Shown: positions 1 through 9,204 of the stretch, in pieces
Numbering within the stretch: position 1 is the stretch's first letter
Layout: each line of letters opens with the position of its first letter
DNA from: an uncultured bacterium
GTDB taxonomy: Bacteria > Muiribacteriota > UBA6191
Assembly: GCA_964600955.1 (NCBI GenBank)
Contig: CAZRLV010000001.1
Span: 2,277 to 44,586, forward strand
DNA length: 42,310 nt
Reading direction: 5' to 3'
Program-made: the position numbers and the translations under genes
Notes under the pieces: model-generated
The model's input: the letters and a program-made list of their open reading frames with translations, nothing else
Told to the model about the DNA's origin: nothing
Database searches by the model: none

Positions 1-139
1 CCACCTGCAGAACAATGGTGAGTTGAGCCCGATCCGGGTTTTCACGAATTTGAATTTTTGCACCTGTAATTTCTAAGGCCTCAACTCCAGTATTTAGGAG
101 AAAGATAAAAACGAGGGCAGAGAAGGTGACCGATTTCAT
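1..139 (-). CDS. Partial CDS (first 46 codons, continues past the left edge): hypothetical exported protein
   Basis: Own reading of the minus strand. ATG at 139..137 is preceded by an in-frame TAA. The translation MKSVTFSALVFIFLLNTGVEALEITGAKIQIRENPDRAQLTIVLQV begins with a signal-peptide-like hydrophobic stretch. It is truncated and so absent from the supplied track. No clear Shine-Dalgarno. Confidence 0.3.
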   Translation of the reverse strand, partial: MKSVTFSALVFIFLLNTGVEALEITGAKIQIRENPDRAQLTIVLQV

Positions 140-177
140 AATCGAGCCATCGGTAAGGCCGTAAATGAAATTAACGT

Positions 178-1665
178 CTACTGAGACTTCCAGAAAGCGG
201 GTGTAAACAGCACAATTACAGTATATAGCTCCAGGCGGCCTAGTAGCATAAGAAAGGCCAGTACGAGCTTTCCTGTATCGGTAATATGAGCGAAATTATC
301 CGTGGGGCCCACCAGCCCCAGACCGGGGCCGATATTTCCAAGACAGGCCGCTGTGGCCGAGGCCGCTGAAATCAAATCCAGCCCGGTACCTGCCATGCAA
401 AGAGTTCCCACTCCAAAGGACGAGAGGTAGAGGACCATAAATCCCAGAGAGCCCAGAATGACTGGATTATTAAGAACCTGTTGGCTGATACGCACCTGGC
501 GGATAGCCTTGGGATGTAAGAGTTGGTAAATCTGCTGATATAGAAACTTGAGCAAAATTAGAATTCGAATCACCTTGACGCCCCCCGCCGTGGAACCGGC
601 GCAGGCACCCGTAAACATCAGGCCCAAAACTAAAAAACGGCTAAACTCAGGCCAGATCTCAAAGTCTGCGGTCACAAAACCGGTGGTGGTAAGCAGAGAA
701 ACCGTTGTAAATAAACTGTCTCGCAGGGCTATGGAAGTACTCTCATAGCAGTCATTTGACCATAGGTTTACAAAGATCATCGCGGAGATAACCAGGGCAA
801 TCAAGAGATAAATTTTTAGCTCTTCATCTCTTTTTAAGGCAAAAAACTGTCCTCTCGAAAACTGGTAATGGTTGGCAAAGTTCATGCCTGCCATCAGCAT
901 AAATCCGATAAGAATATAGTGGATGATAGAGTTCCCGTAGGCTCCAACACTGGTATTATGTGGCGAAAACCCACCTGAAGAGAGAGCGCAAAGAGCATGG
1001 CAGACGGCATCAAAAGGTTTGACATCTGCCAGCCAGAGCAGAAATCCACAGGTTAGGGTTAAAACCACATAGGTTTTCCATAAAATCTTGGCCGTGTCCT
1101 TAATTCTTGGTGTCAGTTTGTCTTTGGTGGTTCCAGGAACTTCAGCGCGGTAAAGCTGCATTCCTCCAATGCCCAGGGCAGGCAAAACAGCGATCCCCAG
1201 GACGATAATTCCCATTCCTCCAATCCATTGGGTGATGCTTCTCCAAAGCAGGATGCTTCGCGAGTGTGCTTCAATATTCTCCAGAATAGAAGAGCCTGTG
1301 GTAGTAAAACCGCTCATGGTCTCAAAAAAAGCATCGATCAGCCCAAGGCTAGGTTCGGACCAGATATATGGGAGCGCGCCAAAAAAGCTAAAGAAAACCC
1401 ACACCGAGGCTACGATGGCAAAGCCTTCGCGATGATAGATGTCTTCATTTGAGTGAAAGCTGCGGCTTAAAAGCAGTCCAAAACTAGCCGTAATCACGAT
1501 TGAAACAAGAAATGGAGTCCAGCTTTCACCATCGATATAGACCATGGCCAAAGGAAGCAGCATGGCTCCAGAGAGCCCGATCAGTAGTTTTCCTATGGTA
1601 GACAGGACCGTATACAGGTTGACGGCCTGAATTCTGCGAAGAAGATTCACAGGGTTGAGTTCCAT
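178..1665 (-). CDS. trkH: TrkH/KtrB-family potassium uptake permease
   Basis: 495-aa, almost entirely hydrophobic ORF. It has four glycine-containing pore-loop-like motifs typical of the Trk/Ktr/HKT superfamily (MSGFTTTGSS, LSSGGFSPHN, LLTTTGFV, GACAGSTAGGVKV). ATG start, TAG stop. Confidence 0.9.
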   Translation of the reverse strand: MELNPVNLLRRIQAVNLYTVLSTIGKLLIGLSGAMLLPLAMVYIDGESWTPFLVSIVITASFGLLLSRSFHSNEDIYHREGFAIVASVWVFFSFFGALPYIWSEPSLGLIDAFFETMSGFTTTGSSILENIEAHSRSILLWRSITQWIGGMGIIVLGIAVLPALGIGGMQLYRAEVPGTTKDKLTPRIKDTAKILWKTYVVLTLTCGFLLWLADVKPFDAVCHALCALSSGGFSPHNTSVGAYGNSIIHYILIGFMLMAGMNFANHYQFSRGQFFALKRDEELKIYLLIALVISAMIFVNLWSNDCYESTSIALRDSLFTTVSLLTTTGFVTADFEIWPEFSRFLVLGLMFTGACAGSTAGGVKVIRILILLKFLYQQIYQLLHPKAIRQVRISQQVLNNPVILGSLGFMVLYLSSFGVGTLCMAGTGLDLISAASATAACLGNIGPGLGLVGPTDNFAHITDTGKLVLAFLMLLGRLELYTVIVLFTPAFWKSQ

Positions 1666-1859
1666 AAATAGCCCTATCTATCTCGTTTTTTCTGGATGCC
1701 TTCGGCGTACAAGCGCACCCAAGTTCGGCATTATAACGCAATTATCCCGGCATTACTTTTTCTAATTCACCACGCATTAATCCTGGTGGGATGTGAAAGT
1801 TTAACTAAATCTTTGGCTCCCGATGACTCCAGTATTCTTAATTGTCGTTGACGAGTGCT

Positions 1860-4571
1860 TTAGGTTTGGCCCTGGGATAAAAGTTCTATTTTTTCGAAGG
1901 TATCTCGAAACGAGACCTGGGTTTTGGCGACGAGACGGAAAAGTTTCAAGGACTCTTTGGGTTCGTCAGTATTCAGGTAGTATTCGGCCAGTTCATAGAG
2001 AACCTCCAGCCCGTCTTCTGTCAGGGGTTCATTGCCTATATTCAAGCGGTTGAGATAAAAAAGAGCCGAAGGGATGTCCTGCATTTTGAGGTAAGCCTTT
2101 AGGGTGAGAAGCCCGGCTTCCTGTTTGAAGTCTGGGTCATGTGAGGCAATCTGTAGCTTGGCCTGGGCCTCTTTGAATTTTCGCTCTTTTATGAGCGCTT
2201 TTGCGGCTTGCATGGCGTCCTGGGCCAGATTGCCAGACTGTATGGACTGGCCCTCTGCAGGACGTGCGGAACCGACTGAGTCCAGAACTCGGGTATACCA
2301 TTGTTGAATGACCGGGCTTTGGGGGTAGTCAAGACTGAGTTGATGGTAATAGGAGCGCCCCTCATCCACCATATTGAGTTGTCCATAGGCTTCCACCAGG
2401 GATCTGTGGGTTGATTCGATCTCTGGGTTTCGATCCAGAAGTTTTTGTCCCCAGCGAATGACCTCAATATAATCTCCATTTTCACCCAGGGTTTCAATAT
2501 ACAACTCCATGACAGCCGTATCGCCCCCATGCAGGTCTAAATAGCGCTTGATAACTGTCAGGGAGCCGGGATCACTTGGTTTTCTCTTCAGGTAGAGTTC
2601 AACCAGATCTTTGAGGGCCTCTTCATTGTAGTTTTCGAGGTTTAGAATATTGAGAGCGAGGGTTTCAGTTTCTTCTGTAAATATACCTTCCTCTTTGAGT
2701 GTTTTCAGGCAAATTTTAAGGGCTTTGAGATTCTTAGGCTCTTTTTGTGTGAGAAGTCGATAGGGTTCAAGACATTCAGGCCCCGTCTCATTGAGACCGG
2801 TCATCACCCTTCCCAGAAGAACCAGATATTGCTGATCTTTGGCATAACGGGCCAACATGGATTTACATTGTTTTTGAGCAAGATCCAGTTTCCCGGCCTG
2901 ATAGAGCCCATTGGCTTTCATATATTGGAGATTATAAATTTCCGCATCTGAGAGTTCTTCAAGTAGGAGGGCATCAATTTTGCGCACCATTTCCAGCCAG
3001 CGACCTTCAGATGCCAGTTCTCTTACGGATTGAAGTCTTTGTTTTTTGGCTTGTTTCTGATTTCTCAGTGAAACTTTGAAGGTCAAATACCCAAGGGTAA
3101 TGGCAGCCCAGAGCAGGACAAAGACTAGTAGAACCCACCAGTAATGTAAAAATTTGAGTTTCAAGACAAGGCGTGAGATCCCAGGCATTTGCATTAATGC
3201 CTCAGTCTGCGCTTTGCCCGCTCCCTGGTAGGCTTCGAATCCTTCTGTATTTAGTCCCAGGGTATCCAGCGATTTTAGAAGCATATAGAGAGCCGTGACA
3301 TTCTCCGGTTCCTGCCTCAGCCAACTGCGGCAAAGTTTTACGGCCTGTGCATATTTGTTTTCTGAGAAGGCGATTCTAGACAAAAACTCGTCAAAACTAG
3401 CTTTGTTATGCAGCCTTAAATAGGTGGAAGAATCCAGGGCCAGAAACTCGGAACGTGCCTTGGCGTACAGGCTGGGATCATTGCGGGCCCTGGCAAGGCT
3501 ACGACGCGCCCGTCTAAAATCCCTTTCAAATTCATCAAAGCGTCTGGCTTCTTGGAAACGTTGTTTATAAAAAACACGTTTTGGGTTATTGCCAAAAAGT
3601 ATGGCGTAGGATGCAGCCGCGACTTCCCAGTTTCGATCTTCAAAAGCCTTTTTAGCCCTATCTTCAAGTTCTTTTTCTTCGAGTAGGTTCTCTTTTTTTA
3701 CTTCTGGAGGAGGAATGTATTCCTCTTTTTTGATGGGAGCTGGCCTGGGGGATAGCTTGGGTTTGGGCGGGAGTTTGCGAACCTCACTGCTGAGGAGTTT
3801 TTGGAAAAAGTCGCCGTCTTTCACCGAAGATCCAGGGTTTGCCTTTTTAGAACTATTGAGTGGACCCACTGGTTTTTTTTCTTGCCCCAAGTTTTCGAGA
3901 AGTTTTTTTTCTATAGATGGGAGCGAACTTTGTTTGGTGAGCAACTGCTTTGGGTCCGGTAGACGGTTATGGGTTTTAAGAAAATAAACCGTTTGGTAAT
4001 GCTTGAAAATTGTGGGAGATGCCGGGTTTAAACTGAGGGCCTTTTTGACAAACCTCATAGCCTGATCCAGGTTTTTTTGCTTGTAATGGAAATTGGCAAG
4101 ATGATCCCAACCAAAACCAAAATCTGGATTTTCCTCTGTCAGAGACTTAATTTTCTCCAAGGCCTGGGTCAGGTTCTTTTCGCGCAGATCCATGTAAATA
4201 AGAGCCGAGAGCCTTCTTGGCTTGGTTTTTTGCGTGGGTTCAAGTCCCTTGATAGCTTCAAGGGTTTGTTCAAACAAAGAGGCTGCATCTTCATAGCCGG
4301 GGTCGAGGGCAAGAGCTTCGCGTAAATGCTCAAAAGCTTCAATGGGCCTGCCTCCAAGGAAATAGAGTTTTCCCAGATTGTATTGCGAAGCCAGGTGATC
4401 CGGGTTGATTTTGACAGAGTTTTCAAAAGCCTCTATGGCCTGATCCAGCTTCCCAGACTGAAACAATGTTTGTCCCCTCAAAAAATCGGGGGTTATCGGA
4501 CTGCCCCAGGTGCAGAGGTTTATAACCACGGGGGATAAAAGCGTGAATATACTTAGCCTAAGATTTACCAT
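1860..4571 (-). CDS. Large TPR-repeat protein with hydrophobic N-terminus and one central TM helix (903 aa)
   Basis: Hydrophobic N-terminus (MVNLRLSIFTLLSPVVINLC). Many 34-residue TPR-like units, e.g. AIEAFENSVKINPDHLASQYNLGKLYFLGGRPIEAFEHLREALALDP. Pro/Lys linker (PPKPKLSPRPAPIKKEEYIPPPEVKKE). Central TM helix (WWVLLVFVLLWAAITLGYLTF) followed by a second TPR block. The ATG overlaps the upstream stop by 14 nt. Confidence 0.8.
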   Translation of the reverse strand: MVNLRLSIFTLLSPVVINLCTWGSPITPDFLRGQTLFQSGKLDQAIEAFENSVKINPDHLASQYNLGKLYFLGGRPIEAFEHLREALALDPGYEDAASLFEQTLEAIKGLEPTQKTKPRRLSALIYMDLREKNLTQALEKIKSLTEENPDFGFGWDHLANFHYKQKNLDQAMRFVKKALSLNPASPTIFKHYQTVYFLKTHNRLPDPKQLLTKQSSLPSIEKKLLENLGQEKKPVGPLNSSKKANPGSSVKDGDFFQKLLSSEVRKLPPKPKLSPRPAPIKKEEYIPPPEVKKENLLEEKELEDRAKKAFEDRNWEVAAASYAILFGNNPKRVFYKQRFQEARRFDEFERDFRRARRSLARARNDPSLYAKARSEFLALDSSTYLRLHNKASFDEFLSRIAFSENKYAQAVKLCRSWLRQEPENVTALYMLLKSLDTLGLNTEGFEAYQGAGKAQTEALMQMPGISRLVLKLKFLHYWWVLLVFVLLWAAITLGYLTFKVSLRNQKQAKKQRLQSVRELASEGRWLEMVRKIDALLLEELSDAEIYNLQYMKANGLYQAGKLDLAQKQCKSMLARYAKDQQYLVLLGRVMTGLNETGPECLEPYRLLTQKEPKNLKALKICLKTLKEEGIFTEETETLALNILNLENYNEEALKDLVELYLKRKPSDPGSLTVIKRYLDLHGGDTAVMELYIETLGENGDYIEVIRWGQKLLDRNPEIESTHRSLVEAYGQLNMVDEGRSYYHQLSLDYPQSPVIQQWYTRVLDSVGSARPAEGQSIQSGNLAQDAMQAAKALIKERKFKEAQAKLQIASHDPDFKQEAGLLTLKAYLKMQDIPSALFYLNRLNIGNEPLTEDGLEVLYELAEYYLNTDEPKESLKLFRLVAKTQVSFRDTFEKIELLSQGQT

Positions 4572-7029
4572 CAGGGGATTTTGGAGGTTGTCTGTTCAGG
4601 TCGGATTGGGTCAGGGCATCGCGGTCCGTTGCCAAAAGAATTCGATTTTTGGCTTCTTGCAAAACAATACTATTTGGCTGAAGTTCCAAAAGGGCGTCAT
4701 AGATCGGTAAAAGTTCATCGAGGGTCTTGTGTTCTGAATAGGCTTGATAAAGCATGCTATGTAAATCCCGATGCCCAGGATCAAGGTTTAGAACCTCCTC
4801 GCAGAGCCGGATGCAGTCATCGATCTTATGATGGGCCAGGTAGTGCTTGGCCAGGCGCAGACGACTGCGGATCTCACTGCTGTTATCTTGAATTTCGCGT
4901 TCCAAAAGTTGAACGACCTGACGAGTTGGCGTGGATTCCTTGTCCAGAAGTTCAAGGAGGGCCTTGCGGGCCTTTCCATGTTCAGGAACCAGCTCAACAA
5001 AGCGCTTGAGTACGGGCAGGGTATCGGGCGTGGCAAGATTAAGGTCGACAACCCGGGGGCCGATCCAGCGCGTGATTTCTTCAGAGAGATATTCAGAGTT
5101 GAAGAGGGTTGCAAAATACTTCATCAAAGAGCCGTCAAACCTCTTAATTCCATAATAGCAAAGAGCCATAAGGATACGAGCCTGGTTATGCTCGGGATGA
5201 GCTGAAAGGATGCGTGGGCCCAGCTTGAGTCCATCTTCGTAGCGCTCCAGTTGCACAAGAGCGGTCATAAATGCCGGTAAAATTTTGAGAGTTTCCTGCA
5301 AGCTTAGATTGATCTCATTGACTTTTGCATAGAGTTTAGCCAGGGAATCATGGTCCTGGGAAGCGGCGGCTTTCTCAACCTGGTTCAAAAAACGTAATTT
5401 TCTGCGAAGATCCTTTGTTTTATACAACCATACGCCAACAATTAAAACGGCCAAAAACCCAAGAATCCAAAGGGCAAGTGGTGCGTATCGAATGCGAAGG
5501 AGACGGTTTCTACGCCCCTGAGCATCTAAAAATTCGGATTCAATAGCCAGAACCCCTGCATATGCCTCCAGTGCTCGGGTTAATGCCTGGGGTTCCTTTT
5601 CAATCAGCGCTTCCCAGGCTCGGCCCAGATGATAGATCACAGCGATCTCCCTGGGGTGGACCCTTAGGCGCTCTTCTGCCAACTCAATCAATTCTAAATA
5701 ATGTTCAAGGTGAAAATGCGCAAGAATGAGAGCTTGAAACAATCCATCCTCAACAAAACCCTGGTCATGGAGTTTTTTAAAAATGGGTAAGGCCAGCGCA
5801 TTCTTTCCCGCTTCAAATTGGGCCAGAGCTTTTTGATAGATCTGCAAACGGTCTAGCTTGTTTTTTGCGGCCTTTAGCCCTGCGGCGGCTTCGCTGGAGT
5901 CTGGGCGCAGTTTTAGAGCTTTTTCAAAAGCCGATACGGCTTGTGTAAGTTCCCCGCCATTTAAATTATTCTTGGCCGTACTTAATGCGATGAAATAGCG
6001 TTGCTCCAGACTTTTTTTATCTTCTTTATCCCTGGCTTTTAGCTTGTGGCGCTCTAAAATCTTCGCTTCAAGTTCCTTTCGATAGTTGACGGCCTCGAAG
6101 TTTTCTGGCCAGGCAGTGATCGCAAAGACCAGCTTTTTTAAGGCGAGTTCATATCTCCCTTTCTCAGCCAGGCTACGGGCCGCCAATAAAACCTTGGAGG
6201 ACTCCGAGGCTCTTTTAATCTTGGCAATTCCATCCAAAGCCTCAGAGAGACCCGGTTGTATCAAGAGCGCGTGTTCATAGGAGCTTGATGCTAATTTATA
6301 TTCTTTTTGCGCAAAGGCAAAATGAGCCTGCTCCAAAATATCACCCATAAGTTTTTTTTGACGCGAGAGAAGTTTGGAATGGAGCTTTTTTGCAATGCTT
6401 AGTTGTGGGTCAGACTTAACGCTCACTCGAGCCGCCTTGAGGGCACGCAACTCGTCTTTATCGTGACGAAGATGGGCTAAAGCCAGATAGTAATAGATGA
6501 GACCCAGGTTTTGACCTCGGTCTCGCTGCCCCAAATTAAAGCTCGGTTTGTTTTGAGCTTGTTCAATCAAGCTGATAATACCTTCGAAGTTTCTTTGATT
6601 ATGCAGGTTTTTTATCAGGTAATAGATAACTGGAATCGCAAAAACTCCGTGGTCAAAAGCCTTTTGGTTAAGGGCTTGAAACTTCTCAGGGCTTAGGATG
6701 TTTCGCATTTCTTCCAGGCTTGTCGAAAAATCTTCTATGAGTAACTTTTGCGAAGACTCTTTGAGAATGGCGCGTAGGAAAAATCCATGTGCTTTGGGGT
6801 AATCGTGACTCTGTAAAAAAATTTTTCCCAAAAAATAATAGCTGTCCCCAACCCGATCCTTTGCTTTGATGGCTTTCTCAAAGGCTTGATAAGCATCTCG
6901 ATAGCGCGCCATTTGAAAAAGTTCTACGCCTTTCTGAAAGGACGCGAAGACCGGGGCGCTAAGAATTAAGATGAGGATAATCCGTGCTGAAAGCCGGAGA
7001 TTGAGCCGCTGAATCATTGGGGAATTCAC
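4558..7029 (-). CDS. Large TPR-repeat protein with hydrophobic N-terminus and one central TM helix (823 aa), same architecture as 1860..4571
   Basis: Hydrophobic N-terminus (ARIILILILSAPVFASF). TPR-like repeats, e.g. AYQAFEKAIKAKDRVGDSYYFLGKIFLQSHDYPKAHGFFLRAI. Central TM helix (YAPLALWILGFLAVLIVGVWLY), then a second TPR block. It starts 11 nt downstream of the HEAT gene stop. Confidence 0.8.
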   Translation of the reverse strand: MNSPMIQRLNLRLSARIILILILSAPVFASFQKGVELFQMARYRDAYQAFEKAIKAKDRVGDSYYFLGKIFLQSHDYPKAHGFFLRAILKESSQKLLIEDFSTSLEEMRNILSPEKFQALNQKAFDHGVFAIPVIYYLIKNLHNQRNFEGIISLIEQAQNKPSFNLGQRDRGQNLGLIYYYLALAHLRHDKDELRALKAARVSVKSDPQLSIAKKLHSKLLSRQKKLMGDILEQAHFAFAQKEYKLASSSYEHALLIQPGLSEALDGIAKIKRASESSKVLLAARSLAEKGRYELALKKLVFAITAWPENFEAVNYRKELEAKILERHKLKARDKEDKKSLEQRYFIALSTAKNNLNGGELTQAVSAFEKALKLRPDSSEAAAGLKAAKNKLDRLQIYQKALAQFEAGKNALALPIFKKLHDQGFVEDGLFQALILAHFHLEHYLELIELAEERLRVHPREIAVIYHLGRAWEALIEKEPQALTRALEAYAGVLAIESEFLDAQGRRNRLLRIRYAPLALWILGFLAVLIVGVWLYKTKDLRRKLRFLNQVEKAAASQDHDSLAKLYAKVNEINLSLQETLKILPAFMTALVQLERYEDGLKLGPRILSAHPEHNQARILMALCYYGIKRFDGSLMKYFATLFNSEYLSEEITRWIGPRVVDLNLATPDTLPVLKRFVELVPEHGKARKALLELLDKESTPTRQVVQLLEREIQDNSSEIRSRLRLAKHYLAHHKIDDCIRLCEEVLNLDPGHRDLHSMLYQAYSEHKTLDELLPIYDALLELQPNSIVLQEAKNRILLATDRDALTQSDLNRQPPKSPDGKS

Positions 7030-7040
7030 AGCCGTGGATT

Positions 7041-8120
7041 TTATCGTAAAGGAGCCGACAGCACAAAGTCCCGTTTTTGGGTATGCAGGAGACCATCAAT
7101 GCTTGAGAAGAGGTCGCCAGGCCCCATGTAAGGTTTGGAGACTTCAAAACCTGCATCCAGATCCTTTGACCGATGGGGTGTGAGCTGTAATAAAGCTGCC
7201 GATTTTTCGTAACTTTCTGTGTCCTGGTTTTGGAAGAAAATTTCACTCAGATTAGTGAGGGTTTGCACGGTTTCTTCCTCACTGAGAATCAAAGCAGAAC
7301 GGATAAAGGCAGCTCTGGCAAAGCCTGAGTCCATCTGCATGGCACGTAAAACAAGCTCCCCAACATGCGAGCGGTCTCCGGTTTTCCCCAAAGAAAAAGC
7401 CGCTTGTGAGGCTACGAGCGGGTCGGGGTAGTCGAGATAATTGACCAGGATCTTTTGAATCGCTGGGTCTGACCCAGTCTCACCCAATGCGTGCAGATGA
7501 GAAGTAAGATATAGCCCCTGTGGATCAGCCTCCATAACCTGCAAAATCATGGGTTCACCCAGGCGCCATAACCCGACCAGAGCATGCGAGCGGATCTCGG
7601 GGACTCGACTGTGTAAACAGTTCTGGAATAGGGGGCGAAAGCGGGCGGCCGGAGATTCTTTTAGAATTTTCAGACAAGCCGCCTGAACTCCTGGGTGCGG
7701 ATGTTTAACGAGGGGCTCAAAATAAGCCGTAGGGATCAAGCTTAGCTGGGACTGAAGACTTGGGATCAGTTTTATCATCAGGCTTGAATCGGCGCAGGTG
7801 GAAATTTTTCGCAGAACCTGTTTTAGAAGTTCGCCGTCAAGAACCAGTCCCTGCATCAGGGAGCAAACCTGTTTTTGTATCTGAGGATGGGGATTTGGAA
7901 GAAGATGTTTTGCCGCGTTCAGTTTTTGGTCCTCAGAGAGACAATGCGCGTACTCAATAAAAGCTTGCAGAACCTCAAGATCCTTCTCTCCCAGCAGAAA
8001 TTCGAGCTCGTTTTGGGCAATGACGGCTTTGATTAAGGTGAGCTCTTCAAGAGCATAGGTTTTCAAGGCTGCATGGCCTTGATGCAGGATTCGGATTAAT
8101 TCATGGACTCTTGAATTCAT
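7041..8120 (-). CDS. HEAT/PBS-lyase-like repeat protein (359 aa)
   Basis: All-helical repeat protein with HEAT-like units (HPGVQAACLKILKE, VPEIRSHALVGLWRLGEP, DPLVASQAAFSLGKTGD). Its ATG overlaps the stop of a small upstream ORF (ATGA). Confidence 0.65.
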   Translation of the reverse strand: MNSRVHELIRILHQGHAALKTYALEELTLIKAVIAQNELEFLLGEKDLEVLQAFIEYAHCLSEDQKLNAAKHLLPNPHPQIQKQVCSLMQGLVLDGELLKQVLRKISTCADSSLMIKLIPSLQSQLSLIPTAYFEPLVKHPHPGVQAACLKILKESPAARFRPLFQNCLHSRVPEIRSHALVGLWRLGEPMILQVMEADPQGLYLTSHLHALGETGSDPAIQKILVNYLDYPDPLVASQAAFSLGKTGDRSHVGELVLRAMQMDSGFARAAFIRSALILSEEETVQTLTNLSEIFFQNQDTESYEKSAALLQLTPHRSKDLDAGFEVSKPYMGPGDLFSSIDGLLHTQKRDFVLSAPLR

Positions 8121-8233
8121 GCCAATGTAAAGGCCAGCAGAAATAGAAGGAGGTTGGCCCCCAGCAGAACCAGGGTTGTGTGGCGTCGTTTGCCTTTATT
8201 TCTTGACCGATTAAAATTTTTATGCACTCTCAT
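8117..8233 (-). CDS. Possible 38-aa membrane peptide (basic N-terminus plus one TM helix)
   Basis: Own translation: MRVHKNFNRSRNKGKRRHTTLVLLGANLLLFLLAFTLA. Its TGA overlaps the ATG of the HEAT gene (ATGA coupling). It lies 20 nt downstream of the PilM-like gene. An AGGAAG is about 13 nt upstream, which is suboptimal spacing. Below the track length cut-off, so weak support. Confidence 0.25.
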   Translation of the reverse strand: MRVHKNFNRSRNKGKRRHTTLVLLGANLLLFLLAFTLA

Positions 8234-8253
8234 TTTTCATGATTCACTTCCTG

Positions 8254-9204
8254 TTATGGCTTGTTAACCTTCGCGTTTGCATGGCAGTACAAGGGAGTGA
8301 ATACATTTGTGGAATCGGATAAGGAGGACATTTTTGATAGGATTGGGGCGAAGAAATGTTCGTCTAAACGCCAAACCTCTGTCTGGAGCGTGGCTTGCAG
8401 GAAGAATTCAATATTTCTAAAGGCTAGTCCTCCCCCTGAGAGAAAGATTTGCTTTTCTTGCGTAGGTTCGCCTTGATTTGCCATAGCTTTAGACATCTCG
8501 GCAATCCAGGACGCCAGAGCCGTAAAATAATCCTGGAGCTTGAGAAAACCAGGCACTTGAAATTGCTGGGTACGAAAAACGGGAAGAAAAATAATCTCAG
8601 AGCGTTTGATTTGCACGATTTCCGGCTCAGCGCAGTCCCAGAGGCTTTGAATGCGCTGATCAACTTCGATGGATGCGAGTCCCGGCTCCTCTTCAAAAAG
8701 CAAAATACGTCCATTACGAACTCCAACTGCATAAAGATTGGAGTAGGATCCGTGAATCAAGACCATGTTTTTACCCAGAAACTTGGGGGTTTTACTCTGA
8801 TTCAACACCAGTTCAATTACAGCGCTCAGGCTGGAGCCAAGAAATGAAGCCTCTAGTCCTTGCCTTTCTAAAAGTTGATTAATCAGATCCTGAAGGCTGG
8901 TATCGAGGTCTACTTCCAGGCTTTCCTCTCTTTCTAGGCCCGGATCTTTGGACTGCAAGGAATATTCAAAAAAAGCGGGAGGAAGCAGACAATCAAGAAT
9001 TGAACTTCCAAGGTTCCAGGACTTGCGCACCTGACCAAGCCCTGCTTCAAGTACATCAAAATAATGCTCTAGATGCCCCGTGCGATGGACTTTTAGAAGG
9101 GGTAGGCTTTCCTGGCGTTTGAATTCCAGCGGGTTTGAACTCCCGGAATTGACTTCTAGGTGCTTGAGGTTGAAACTTCCCAGACCAAGAATATTTTTAG
9201 ACAT
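8254..9204 (-). CDS. Actin-like ATPase-fold protein, remote PilM-like (316 aa)
   Basis: Track ORF 8254..9279. I prefer the internal ATG at 9204 (MSKNILGLGSFNLKHLEV...), which overlaps the ROK stop by 8 nt rather than 83 nt. The N-terminal ILGLG..LK..EV pattern and the C-terminal IFLSGGGLAFRNIEFFL resemble the phosphate-1 and LSGGG motifs of PilM/FtsA-type proteins. The functional call comes from pattern memory only. Confidence 0.5.
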   Translation of the reverse strand: MSKNILGLGSFNLKHLEVNSGSSNPLEFKRQESLPLLKVHRTGHLEHYFDVLEAGLGQVRKSWNLGSSILDCLLPPAFFEYSLQSKDPGLEREESLEVDLDTSLQDLINQLLERQGLEASFLGSSLSAVIELVLNQSKTPKFLGKNMVLIHGSYSNLYAVGVRNGRILLFEEEPGLASIEVDQRIQSLWDCAEPEIVQIKRSEIIFLPVFRTQQFQVPGFLKLQDYFTALASWIAEMSKAMANQGEPTQEKQIFLSGGGLAFRNIEFFLQATLQTEVWRLDEHFFAPILSKMSSLSDSTNVFTPLYCHANAKVNKP

